From positions 212,474,001 through 212,538,000 of the forward strand of contig OX597815.1 of assembly GCA_951406725.2 (NCBI GenBank): DNA of 64,000 bases, read 5' to 3'. A model generated the notes under the pieces. That model worked only from the letters and a program-made list of their open reading frames with translations, was not told the origin of the DNA and did not search any database. Source of the stretch: Octopus vulgaris (taxonomy: Eukaryota). Of the stretch, positions 24,801 through 37,939 are shown in pieces. Every line of letters starts with the position of its first letter. The stretch's first letter is position 1. The translations under genes and the position numbers were made by a program.

Positions 24801-27794
24801 GTGTAGAGTTTTTGCAATAAAGAGGTGAGGCTGTTGTTAAGAAGTTTGCTTCCCAACCACATGGTTTCAGGATCAATCCCATCGTGTGGCAGCTTTAGCA
24901 ATTGTCTCCTACTACAACCAAAGACAATCAAAGGCTTGAAATTGGATTTAGTAGATGGAAACTGAAAGAAGCCTGTTGTGTGTGTGTGTGTGTGTAAATG
25001 TGTTGTGTGTAAGTGTGTAAATGTTTGTGTCTCCTTGATTTGACAGCACTGGATAGTTGTAAATGAGTGTCACGATCATACAAGTGGTATCATTCATTTC
25101 TAATACTCTTCAAAAATAAGGGGGGGAGGGCAGTGAGCTGACAGAATCTTCAGCATGCTGGACAAAATGCTTAGCAGTATTTCATCCATCTTTATGTTCT
25201 GTGTTCAAATTCCAATAAGATCAACTTTGCCTTTCATTCCTTTTGAGAACCGGGGTCAATGAAACCCCTGAAATTGCTGGCCATGTGCCAAAATTTGAAA
25301 CCAATATCTGCAGAAACATGTCTTGCTAATAGGGGAATATTACCTTGCTTGGAAGAGGAGAGTGTTGGTGACAGGAAGGGCATCCAGCTGCAGAAAATCT
25401 GCCTCAATGAACCCTGTCTGACCCATCCCAGGTCCTTGCTGGAAATAACAGCCAAATTGACCTCAGATCACAATTCACCAGTTTAAGGAAGGGACAAGTT
25501 GGATAATGTGGTCCCAGATATATTGTATATAGGAAGAGAGGATGAAGACCATGGCAGGGACGCTTTTGATCATAGGTCTGTTTGATCAGCACTGACCTAG
25601 AGATAAACAATAACCCTTTCACAGTTAAAAACAGGTCAACTACCATATGTTACTTAAATATCAAGATCTGAGGGTGAACGGAATATTTTTTTCTAATTCT
25701 TTTTTAACTGTTTGTTTGTTTTTTCTTTTATATATTGTTTATATTTATTTTAATTTACATGTTTTATGTTTGATTCAAAGAATACATTAGTGCTATTGTT
25801 GTAATAGTTCCAATAACAGATTAAGGTAACAGTTTTTTGTGTGTGTGTGTGTGTGTGTGCATAAAAGTATATGTTTGAGGAGGCTCTAAAATAACACACA
25901 CACACTTTTTAATTCTTTCATGATCATAATACTAATAAAATACTTTTTTTTTTTCTTTTTGGTGTTCCAATTAATTTGGAAAATAATAATTTAGCGGATG
26001 GATTTAGTAAAGTAAATTAACTTTTAATAAAATTATTTGTTTGGGACACAATTTAAAAATTTCTTAGATGAAACACAGGCATGGCTGTGTGGTAAGAAGC
26101 TTGCTTCTCAACCACATGGTCCTGGGTTCAGTCTCACCATGTGCCATCTTAAGCTGACCATAGCCTTGTGAATGGATTTTGGTTGAAGGAAACTGAAAGA
26201 AGTTTGACATTGGACACAAGAATGTTGGTCAACCATGGCTCAGATACAAGGACAAGATGAAGAGTAACCTTTCAGCAGTCAATATAACTCACAACACCTT
26301 TGACCAAAGGGCCCTTGACGAACAAAATGGAGATTGTTATGTCAAAATGGTGTAAGAGACTTTGTTTCAATCAGTATTAACAGGCTTCAGGGTGTGAGAC
26401 AAAGGAGAAAAGCGGCTGCAAGTATACCACCTGCAATCCTCATATTTGCAACATCTGAAGGCTTCTCTTCAAATCATTGGTAAGATTCGAATGTCACATT
26501 CAGCAGAAGCTTTATGACTGATAAAGAAAGTGTAGGTTATTGGACGTTCATACCTTGTGTTCATACCTGTTGCTTCTGCTGAATATTAATTAATAAAGAA
26601 ATGCGTGTATCATCATCATCATCGTCATCATTTAACATCCATTTTCCATGCTGGCATGGGTTAGATGGTTTGACTGAGGTCTGGAAAGCCAACAGCTGCA
26701 CCAGGCTCCAATCTGATCTGGCAAGGGTTCTACAGTTGGACGCCCTTCCTAGTGCCAACCACTCCGAGAGTGTAGTGGGCGCTTTTTTGCATGCCACCGG
26801 CACAGGAGCCAGTCAGGGGGCACTGGCATCAGCCACAATCAGAAAGTGCTTTTTACATGCCACTGGCATGGGAGCCGTATGTATGTATGTATAAGAGATA
26901 GAGGGCTGAGATATATGGTGCATTGCTATACTCATAAAGATCTGCCCACCACAACAGAATTGAGATCCTAAATTCAAGGTGTCACATAAAAAGCATTGGT
27001 GTGGGATTTGGTACCACATAAAAAGCACTGGTGCTGATATCATATAAAAAAAACACTAAGTAGACTTTATGAAGTGGTTGGTGTTAGGAATGGCATCTAA
27101 CCATAGAAACCAAGCCAAAATAGAACCTGGTATGGCTGCTGGCTTTTCCAGCTCAATCCATTTAACCCATGCCAGCATGAAAAATGGATATTAAATGATG
27201 GTGTGTGTGTGTGTGTAAGCCTTTATGTGTTTGTCCCCCACCACTAGTTGACAACCAGTATTTGTGTGTCCCTGTAACTTAGATGTTCGGCAAAAGAGAC
27301 CAATAAAAAGAAAGTACTGGAGTTGATTCATTGAACTAAAACTCTTCATGGCAGTGCCCCAGCATGGCCGCAGTCTGATGACTGAAACGAGTAAAAGATA
27401 AACAACATTCTGTGTATAGAACTAAAAACAAATGACACCACATGAAGGGAAACTTTATTTACAAAGATTGGGCAGCACGTCAAGAAATGGACTGCAAGCA
27501 AATGATGGGCTTCTTTCAGTTTCCATCTACCTAATTCACTCACAAGGCATTGGTTGGCCCAGGGCTATAATAGAAGACACTTGCCCATGGTGCCATGCAG
27601 TGGGGGACTGAACCCAGAACCATGTGGTTGGGAAGTGAACTTCTTAAGCATTCAGCCAATCAAATTCTAAAGAATGGTTTGGTTTTAAATGTGCAGAGTT
27701 TTAAGCAGTGAGGTTCTTCTGTTTCTTGATTATGTGGGATGACTTTGAGTGGGTTGGGAGGGGAAAAGAGTCTTATCACTGTTTTACAGCTATG

Positions 27795-28171
27795 AGAAAG
27801 AGGGGAAGAAAGAAAGAAAGAAAGAAAGAAAGAGTGGAAGAAAGAAAGAAAGAGTTGGAGAAAGAAAGAGAATAAAGAAAAAAAGAAAGAGTGGAAGAAA
27901 GAAAGAAAGAGTTGGAGAAAGAAAGAGAAGTAGAAAGAAAAAAAGAAAGAGTGGAAGAAAGAAAGAAGGAAAGAAGAAAGAAAGAAAGAAAGGAAGGAAG
28001 GAAGGAAGGAAGGAAGGAAGAAAGAAAGAGTGGAAGAAAGAAAGAAAGGAAGAAAGAAAGAAAGAAAGAAAGGAAGAAAGAAAGAAAGAAAGGAAGAAAG
28101 AAAGAAAGGAAGAAAGAAAGAAAGGAAGAAAGAAAGAGTGGAAGAAAGAAAGAAAGAAAAGAAAGAAAGAG

Positions 28172-28209
<38 letters not shown>

Positions 28210-28550
28210 GAAGGTAGAAAGAAAGAGTGGAAAAAAGAAAGAAAGAAGGAAGGAGTGAAAGAAAGAAAGAAAGAGTGGAAAAAAGAAAGAAAGAAGGAAG
28301 GAGTGAAAGAAAGAAAGAAAGAGAGAGAGGAAGAAAGAAAGAAACATAGGAAAAAAGAAAGAAAGAAAGAAGAAGAAAAAAGAAAAAGAAGAAGAAGGAG
28401 AAGAAGAAGTTGAGATAAAAAGAAAGAAAAATGATGAGAAGGAAGAGAAAGAAAAATAAGGAGGCAAAAATGTATAAAGAAAGAGAAAACAAAGAAAGAA
28501 TAGAAGAAAAAAGACAAAATAAAAAAAAAGATTGCAAAAAAGAAGGAAAA
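27795..28550 (+). repeat. ~750-bp (GAAA)n-based polypurine tract
   Basis: Directly visible, with recurring GAGTGGAAGAAAGAAAG units. Confidence 0.95.
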
Positions 28551-28867
28551 GTTTGATTTCATTAATGCTAATTTACTATTTACTACTAATAACTTTAATT
28601 ATTTCTTATATAATCTTGTAATTGTTTATTGAATGTGGTGATGGGTGAATGAAAGATTTCTACGTCTGTATGGAGGGAAGTGAAACAATTCTATGTTTAT
28701 GAAGATTTAAAGAAAAACTCTAAGAATTATGTATGTTTAGAAATGTCTTTTAAAATGTACGATACATCATGATATCTTTCTATATAAAATGATTGCTGTC
28801 TTCAGTATTTAAAGGTTATTTTTTGACAAATAAGGCAGAAAAATATTAGATGAATAATATAACTTAC

Positions 28868-29132
28868 ATGATAACGGGCATGGAAACTTGAAAAAAAAGT
28901 TCATTCTCAACTATTACTCACCAGAAACAAGCCTCTCTCAATCTCTTCCTCCCACATTCTCTCTCTTCCCCCTCTCTCTCTCTGCTATTTATATATCACT
29001 TACTCTCTCTCTTGTCTTTCTCACTCACTATGAAAGCATTTCTTTGAAATTGCAATAATGTTTTTAGCATGTAGGTTACCATGGCAACTGAGGCCCAAAC
29101 CCACACACAAAGTTGACTAAGCAGTCGGAAGT
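28868..29132 (-). promoter_or_regulatory. Candidate internal promoter and alternative first exon
   Basis: ETS-like CGGAAGT at 29126-29132, X-box GTTACCATGGCAAC at 29075-29088, minus-strand TATATAAATA at 28995-28986, then ATG CCC GTT ATC AT|GTAAGT at 28881-28868. Confidence 0.35.
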
Positions 29133-29136
29133 ATAT

Positions 29137-29170
<34 letters not shown>

Positions 29171-29772
29171 GTATGTATATATGTGTGTAGTCCAATGAAA
29201 TGACATAACTTCAGTGAATGGTGGTGCTATAGTACTAACTCTTCTTAGGGAACACCAACCACTTCTACCACCACTAACACAACAACAACAACTACCACAT
29301 ATAACGAACAGCAGCCAATCTAACCTAGCACCTGCTCAACTCATCCTAACACCAGAGGAAACAGTAAAAAAAAGTTTCACAGCAAAACAGATCACAGAAT
29401 TCATACAAGAAAAGGATAGCAAAAAAAAAAATTAATTAATTAATTAATAAGATAATAAGCAAAATAGAATAATTCTTTCATTTTTCTTTTTTTCCCTCAT
29501 TTTCTCCAAAGTCCAGCTCATAATAGTTTATTTAGTCTGGTGATGGAACACCAGACTAGTAGAATGTACCTACTATCAAAAGCAACAACCGAAACAGCAC
29601 ATGGAAACGTAGAGGTGTGACTGTGTGATAAGGAAGCTGCTTTGCAACCACGTGGTTTCGGGTTCAGTCCCGTTGCATGGCATCTTAACTAGGGCTGGTG
29701 CCTTCTACCATAGCTCTGGATTGACCACTGCCTTGTGAGTTAACTTAACAGATGAAGACTGTTTGGAAGTCC

Positions 29773-29776
29773 GTGC

Positions 29777-29850
<74 letters not shown>

Positions 29851-29851
29851 A

Positions 29852-29883
<32 letters not shown>

Positions 29884-29886
29884 TGT
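29773..29886. repeat. (GCGT)n microsatellite
   Basis: Directly visible; lies at the internal microsatellite position of a SINE. Confidence 0.95.
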
Positions 29887-30565
29887 TCACCATCACTTGA
29901 CAGAATCGTTAGCACACCAGGTAAAATGCTTAGCAGCATTTTGTTTCATGTTTATGTTCTGAGTTCAAATCCCACCAAGATCAGCTTTGCCTTTCTTTCT
30001 TTTGGGGTGGATAAATTAATTATCAGCCAAGCACTGGGATCGATGTTATTGACTTATCCCTCCCCACCAAAATTGCTGGCCATTATTGTTGTGGTTGTTG
30101 TTGCTCTTGAGGCGAACTGGCAGACTCCTTAGCAAACCACACAAAATGCTTCGTGGCATTTTGTCCATCTTTATGTCCTTATTTCAAGTTCCACTGAGAT
30201 TATTTTAGCCTTTCGGAGTCAATAAATTAAGTATGAGTTGAGCACTAGAGTTGATGTAATTGATTTTACCCCCACCCCACAAATTGCTGGCCTTGTGCCA
30301 AAATTTGAAACCATCATCATCATTTTTATTATTGTTATTAAGACAACAAGCCAGTAGAATGGTTAGCACACTGGGCAAAATGCTTAGTGACATTTCATTC
30401 ATCTTTACATTCTGAGTTCAAATTCTGAGGTTGACTTTGCCTTTCATCCTTTCGGGGTCGATGAAATAAGTACCAGTCATGCACTGGGGTCAATGTAATC
30501 AATTTATTCCCTCCCCACAAACTTCAAGCCCTGTGCCCTCAATAGAAGGGATTATTATTATTATT

Positions 30566-31114
30566 GAGTGAGAGAGCAGTTCATGCCATCAAAGTGACAC
30601 TGGGGTAAAATATACGAAGCCCAATATACCCATCATGACTACCCGTCTGATAAAGGTACACCAGGCACATGCATCACAACCATATGTGCGCGACATGGTG
30701 ATCTCATATCAAGATAAACAGCACATGACCTTGCAGGTGGGGCCCAGTTTGAATTTTCTTCAGGTTGAGTAGCCCATCCCGCTCAAACGGTCCCCGAATA
30801 AGGGTTGTTTAAGGATGTTGAAAGAACCACCCATGTTTCCAGAGGTGAACTATTCAAACCCCAAAGCATCCCTCTCAACACATGGCTATGATGCTCCCCC
30901 ACTACTTCTGCTCGTGATCAGAGATGCACATATCGTCAGCCACTAAGGGACATGCTCAACTGGTTAAGGTCAAACAACTGACAAGCAAATCTGTGGTATT
31001 GAGCAGAATATTTGCTGTAGCCCATCTTTTATACCAAGACAAAACAATGTACATGATAACACTTCCAATCAGTTAAGATCAGAAGCCATGAGAGCCACTG
31101 CCTGGTACTGCATC
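30566..31114. mobile_element. Unclassified ~550-bp insertion within an (ATT)n tract
   Basis: Balanced composition, sharply bounded by ATTATT repeats on both sides, with no long ORF. Confidence 0.5.
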
Positions 31115-31380
31115 TATTATTATTATTATTAAGGGGTCAGAAAAATACCTAGTGGTATTGACTCCAGCTCTTTACGGTATGAGTTCAAATCCCACTGGTG
31201 TCAACATTGCCTTTCAGTACTAATGAAGTACTGAGTCAATGTAATCGGTCAACCCTTCCCCACAAGTTTCAAGCCTTGTGACTATGCCAGAAACAATTGT
31301 CATTAAGTGACAGTGCAGGGGGGGGGGGAAACCGTTGGGACACCAGACAAAACAACTTGCACTATTTACTTACACAGCTA

Positions 31381-31784
31381 TACTCTCATTTACTTGTTTC
31401 AGTCATTTGACTGCGGCCATGCTGGAGCACCGCCTTTAGTCGACCAAATCGACCCCGGGACTTATTCTTTGTAAGCCTAGTACTTATTCTATCGGTCTCT
31501 TTTGCCAAACCGCTAAGTGACAGGGACGTAAACACACCAGCATCAGTTGTCAAGCAATGCTAGGGGAACAAACATAGACACACACACACACACATACATA
31601 CATATATATACATATATACAACAGGCTTCTTTCAGTTTCCGTCTACCAAATCCACTCACAAGGCATTGGTCGGCCCGGGGCTATAGCAGAAGACACTTGC
31701 CCAAGATGCCACGCAGTGGGACTGAACCCGGAACCATGTGGTTGGTTAGCAAGCTACTTACCACACAGCCACTCCTGTGCCTAT
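31381..31784 (-). mobile_element. Young OR2-like SINE
   Basis: Near-identical to 11095-11613 and 33955-34400. Confidence 0.85.
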
Positions 31785-32236
31785 ATGGATCTTATTGAAT
31801 TTTCACCAAGGTCAACTTAGCCATTTATCATCCCTCCACCAAAATAGTACTTGGTGGAAGTGGGGGCCAGTTTAATTAACTACCCCCACCTCCTGTTTAA
31901 GTTGGTAGAATGGCAAAAATCATTAGAGCATGAGACAAAAATATCCTTGCGGTATTTGTTTCAGTAAAGTTTGGGTTCAAATCCTGCCGTGGCTGTGAGT
32001 TTTGCTTTTCTTCTCCGTCCAGGCTCTTTAGAATAAAAATACTGATTAAGCTCAAGAGATGATTTAATCAAGTAACTCCACTTACTCTAAACTGTTGCTG
32101 TTGTGCCTAAGAAATAATTATTTCTTTATGTAATATAAGCTCTCTCTCTCTTCGACGTTTCCTCATTCATCTCTCCTTGTGTTTCTCTCACACAATTCTC
32201 ACTCTTGTTTATTAATCTCACCCTCTTTCTCTTTCC

Positions 32237-32279
<43 letters not shown>

Positions 32280-32777
32280 CTCTATCTCCATTTCAACTTT
32301 CAGTATGGCAGCTTCCATTGTACTCTTTTAATTTGTTCTCTTGTTCTTTGAATGAAATAATCTAATCATTCAACAACTGAATAAAGTGAGTTACAAATAG
32401 AACAGCTCCTACAACCAATATTTTTAGATTTTCTGCTGTTTTAGTTAACATTTATTTAAAGATTTACGATGTTGCAGAGATGGAGAAAAAAAAAAAAGAA
32501 AATAAAATACAAAAAAACCACAATTATTTGATAACCTCTTTTCATGGGGTCACTACCAGCGAATAAATAGTGCACCTTACAGATATCACTTAAAGTTGGC
32601 TGAATTTTAGATGATAATAGCTAAAGGCTGAGCACAGCAAGCAATAGGCAGCATACATCAAAATGATTTACAGGCATTCGGTGGTTAAGATACAAGGCCT
32701 AATGACTCAAAGGTCATGGCATTATGACTCCAGACAAGATATATTTACTCTGCTTACCTTAGTGAAAATAAAACTCC

Positions 32778-32822
<45 letters not shown>

Positions 32823-33005
32823 GTTTCTTCTTTTAAGGCATTAAGCCATAAATTAATTATTCCAAATGGTCATGCAGCGATTCATAATCAGTTCATTCTC
32901 CAAATGTTAACAGAGATGTGACAATTTGCAGCTTGATTTTGTTTATATTATTTGGATATATATATATATATATATATACATACATACACACACACACACA
33001 CACAT

Positions 33006-33048
<43 letters not shown>

Positions 33049-33507
33049 ACACACCCACCCTGTGGGTGAAATAAAGCCACACTGTGTTGGAAGCAAGAAC
33101 ACACAGCCTTGTAATAGAATTTGGTATATACTGACAGACTCAGCCAAAAATCCAAGACACTGTCAAAATTGTTTGGTGGAAGTTATAGTATAAAACTTTA
33201 GTTATTAGTATAAGACAACTAATCTATTGTTAGTAAAGAGATTCCCCCTGTTGACAGATTAACCTTTCAGCATTCAGAATTGCACTTTCAAATGTAATGC
33301 TTAGTCATTCCCATTGTTTTAAGTTAACCATGCTTTATCTCATAGCTTTGAGATTCTGATGGCAGTGTAGGAAAGGTGTGAGAGGCCAGATCTGGTTAGT
33401 TTTAACATAAAACAGGAAGAGATATTTGGGCTTTGACATGGCCAGGTTAAATGCTAAAGGCTTAAATTGTTATTTGATATTTATGTAATTCTTTTACTGA
33501 GAATTTT

Positions 33508-34400
33508 CTGCAGTCATGACTGAGTGGTAAGAAGCTTGCTTGCCAACCACATGGTTCCAGGTTCAGTTCCACTGCATGGCACCTTGAGCAAGTATCTTCA
33601 ACTATAGCCTTGGCCCAACCAAAATCTTGTGAGTGGACTTGGTAGACGGAAACTGAAAGAAGCCTATCGTCTGTGTGTGTGTGTGTTCCCATGTTTGTCC
33701 CCCCACCACCACCACCACCACTCGACAACTGGTTTGGAGTGTTTACATCCCCCATAACTTAGTGGTTTGGCAAAAGAGACTGATAGAAGTACCAGGTTTC
33801 AAGGTGGTGCCCCTGTATGGTCGCAGTCCAATGACCGAAACAAGCAAAAGATAAACAGCAACAATGCATTTAGATTATTACTCATGTTTGAAAACTTTAG
33901 GCCATTGTTTTACATATTCATTATAAAGGTGTGAAAAGTTTGATATTAAATGTCTCTCTTTTACTCTTTTACTTGTTTCAGTCATTTGACTGCGGCCATG
34001 CTGGAGCACTGCCTTTAGTTGAGCAAATTAACCCCAGGACTTATTCTTTGGAAGCCTAGTACTTACTCTTTGGCCTCTTTGCTGAACTGCTAAGTTACTG
34101 GAACGTAAACACACCAGCATTGGTTGTCAAGCAATGTTGGGGGGACAAACACACACACACAAATACACACACAAACAAACATACACACACACACACACAT
34201 ATATATATTTAGTCTAATTCACATACATATATATGACGGGCTTCTTTCAGTTTCCGTCTATCAAATCCACTCACAAAGGCTTTGATTGGCCCGAGGCTAT
34301 AGTAGAAGGCACTTGCCCAAGATGCCATGCAGTGGGACTGAACCCGGAACCATGTGGTTGGTAAGCAAGCTACTTACCACAAGCCACTCCTGCGCCTATA
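33508..34400. mobile_element. Two OR2-like SINEs, tail to tail (33508-33855 +, 33955-34400 -)
   Basis: Head and tail motifs as above, in opposite orientations. Confidence 0.8.
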
Positions 34401-35822
34401 TAGAACACGACTAGTGAAGACGAAGAACCAACTAAATAATTTGTTGGGCAATTTGAAATTGTGAAATAGACTAAATACATGCAAGTTGTAACTCTAGAAT
34501 CTGTACCCGAAATATGCAAGTAAGAGGAACATGATGGGTAAAATATTGTTGATGCCCATAACACATTTCAAAATAACAGAGGCTGACTGATACAATGTAA
34601 ACTGGCAGATACCTAAGGATTTATTTCCTAAATTAATTAGATCTTAGAGATTAAATGATGCATAATCAAAGTGTCCAGAAATATGACTTTTCTGTAAATA
34701 CATGTAACTCATGCTAAAGAAACTTAATAAAAAGCTAATGATAAAGGGAACGGCTAATATCCCATATTGGTTTTATATTCGTTAATGTAAGAACATGACT
34801 AACTCAACCACTATGGAAACAAAATTACAATAGTTCACATCGTGAAATTATTAAAAAAAATATTTTGCTTTTTTAAATCAAATTAAAGTATGATTTTAAC
34901 CAATTAAATTTAAATGATAGTTGAAATCATAATAAAAGATAATGAGTTATAGTAATATGAACAAACTGGTTTTATTTAAAAAAAAAAGAAAAAAAACTTA
35001 CATTATCTAAGGAACTCTGAAAGTTGTAAATTCATCTACATGTTTTTTGCAACTTTCTAAAGAATATATTGTGGCACACCAGCTAATGTGAATGTAGAAC
35101 AGTTGTGGGAGAAGAATTTTTATAATGATACAAGAGACAATCCTAAAATGATGAGAAATGTTACATTTAACAGAACATTGTTCTAGAGACATTAACACTG
35201 TTTTTGAGGTGGGTCTCTCATTTTAGATTCTTAAGGATGGTTCTATTCTAGAAGACTCTTCACACTACAAAACCGGTGAATATTAAATCAAGAAGCAAAG
35301 TAGAATTTAATAGAAAATCAGAAATGGAATTTTATCTTTTTACAAAAATTAAAAAGCAAAAAGCAACAAAGAAAAAAAAGAGGAAATTGCTGCATTAGCA
35401 AATTATATAATTATTCAGCACTTCTAGAATTCCATATGTGAGAATTTCGACAAGGAAAGCAGATTTGAATCACCATCATTTGAAACCATTAACTCTTTAT
35501 TTTATGTATTAATTATATATTATGCTGCAATTCACCAATAATAAATAATTGTTATATTTATTTATAGGAACGAATGCCATATATAAGCTTTTCTTTCTAA
35601 TTGCCAAGTAAATGCAGATTCAATTAGGGATAAACAATTAAATAAAAGAATAAAATGTTTATTTTCTATTGTGTTGCTACATAATGATTAAATAAAATAT
35701 ATTTTATATGAAGTACACATCACCTTTCCAGTCTTTCTCAGAAATTGTAAGCAGAGCTAACAATGAGAAACAGACCGAATAAATGCAAACAATTAGTTTT
35801 TCTTGATATATATACATAATAT

Positions 35823-35976
35823 ATAGGCACAAGTGTGGTTGTGTGGTAAAAAGATTACTTCTCAACCACTTGGTCCCTGGTTCAGTCCCACTGCATGGCG
35901 CCTTGGGCAGGTGTCTTCTACTATAGGCTCAGGATGACCAAAGCCTTGGGAGTGGATTTGGTGGACAGAAACTGAA

Positions 35977-36026
<50 letters not shown>

Positions 36027-36260
36027 ATGCATGTGTGTGTTTTGTCCCCCCTCCCACTGCTTGAAAACCGATGTTGGCGTGTTTACATTCCCATAACTTA
36101 GCTGTTCAGCAAAAGTGACTGATAGAATAAGTACCAGACCTCAAAAAAAAAAAAAAAGGTACTGGGATTGATTCATCCAACTAAAAATTCCTCGAGGTGG
36201 TGCCCCAGCATGGCCACAGTCTAATGACTGAAATAAGTAAAAGATAAAAAAATAAAAGAT
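35823..36260 (+). mobile_element. OR2-like SINE, full length
   Basis: Head, (TG)n core and tail CCAGCATGGCCACAGTCTAATGACTGAAATAAGTAAAAGA. Confidence 0.82.
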
Positions 36261-36632
36261 TGTTATTTTATTGTTTCTTTTTATTCTTAATTCTTCATAG
36301 CTTTGTCATCAACATTTTAGCATCCGCTTTTTGCATGCTGGCATGGGTCCTTACAAGACACACTGAGGTAATTTTCTACACACACAAACACACGCCATCA
36401 TCATCATCATCGTCGTTTTAATGTCTACTTTTTCATGCTTGCATGGACCATATGTGATTTGCTGAGACAAATTTCCTATGGCTGGATTCTTATTCCTGTC
36501 ACCAAAACCTCACTTATTTCCAAGCAAGATAATATTTCCCCTTGGCCAGACATTTTTCACAGAAGACTGAAAACATCACTTATAGAACAGTGATGCTCAT
36601 TTACAACAATCATCACATTGAGTCAAGACCAG

Positions 36633-36669
<37 letters not shown>

Positions 36670-36920
36670 GTAGGCATGTGGCTTAGGTGTCAGCATCATG
36701 ATTGTAAGATTGTGGTTTCGATTCCTGGACCGGGTAATGCGTTGTGTTCTTGAGCAAAACACTCCATTTCACGTTGCTCCAGTCCACTCAGCTGGCAAAA
36801 ATGAGTAACGCTGCAATGGACTGGCGTCCCATCCAACTGGGAAACACATACACCATAGAAACCGGGAAACCGGGCCTATGAGCCTGGCTAGGCTTTAAAA
36901 TGGCACATTTATTTATTTTT
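36670..36920 (+). mobile_element. Third tRNA-derived SINE family
   Basis: B-box GGTTTCGATTCC, CORE-like GTTGTGTTCTTGAGCAAAACACT, GCAATGGACTGGCGTCCC and a (TTTA)n tail. Shares CTCCA.TCCACTCAGCTGGCAAAAATGAGT with 48806-49030. Confidence 0.7.
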
Positions 36921-37939
36921 TACAGGCGGTACTCCAGCATGACCACAGTCAAAAACAAGTAAAAGAATAAAAGAATATATATATATACATACACACACAC
37001 AATGGGCTTCATTCAGTTTCCATCTACCAAAACTACTCACAAAGTTTTGATCGGTCTAGTGCTATAGTAGAAGACAAGTGCCCAGGGAAGCTCCTCAATC
37101 ACATGGACACATCTGCCTGTCTGTGGATAAAGGGGATATGTCTCTTTGCATGTGTGTGTGTGTGTGTGTAAATGTAAATAAAAAACAAACGAATAAAATG
37201 ATGGAATTCAGTCCTGTTAAATGAAGATGTCTTGGGCCATTCATAGAACATTTATTCCACAGCAATTACATCATGGAAGAGCAGCTTTGGTCACAAAACC
37301 TATTCTATTCACTTTCCATTTATTTTAAGTGTCAACATTTTTATCCCACATTTGTGACCTACTCTCTGAAGCAGTTCCATTGACAGCAAAAGTGGAACTG
37401 GGTCAGGTCACAAAAGCTTGGAAAATTTTGATATCTTACAAAATAAATGAAAAGTAAATAAAAGTTTGTTTTTGCATATCTTTAGATGGTTAGAATGGCT
37501 CTTCTATTATATAATTAATTGCTACAGTTTCAACAACTCTATAATATGCGCAGAAGTATCTACAACATCAACATCATAGCCACCAACTAGAATAACATTA
37601 CTTTCCTTTCTCGAAGGTAGGTGGCGCTCTGCAGCCCAGTAAGAGTGCAGAGCTCCACCTACCTAGGAGAAGACCACTCTAATGTAAAACTTACAACTTG
37701 TTGGTCACTGCTGAACCACTGCGGTCAGACCTCCAACTCTGAAGAGTAGGATCAGATTGCATAGACTGACACAACTACCAAGTGCAGGCAGGAATAAAAG
37801 CCCTGCAGGGAACTGGTCTTAATGTCCTGCAGTGAGTTGGTCGTAATGTCCTGCAGTGAGTTGGTCTTAATGATGGACTCAGTTGATAGCCAGATCTACC
37901 TTACATGTGACAACCACTGTTCAATACAATTCCAGATGT

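Noticed and set aside
27370-27392. CTGATGA-CT-GAAAC
   Set aside because: No stem II. It is a point variant of the ordinary SINE tail CAGTCAAATGACTGAAAC.
27660-28562. Long F/S/L- and K/E/R-rich ORFs (also 4226-4693, 42478-43043, 53760-54261)
   Set aside because: These are translations of microsatellites that lack stop codons.
35002-35200. Possible exon ending AT|GTAAG near 35001
   Set aside because: All three frames have stops shortly before the donor, so it cannot be supported as coding.
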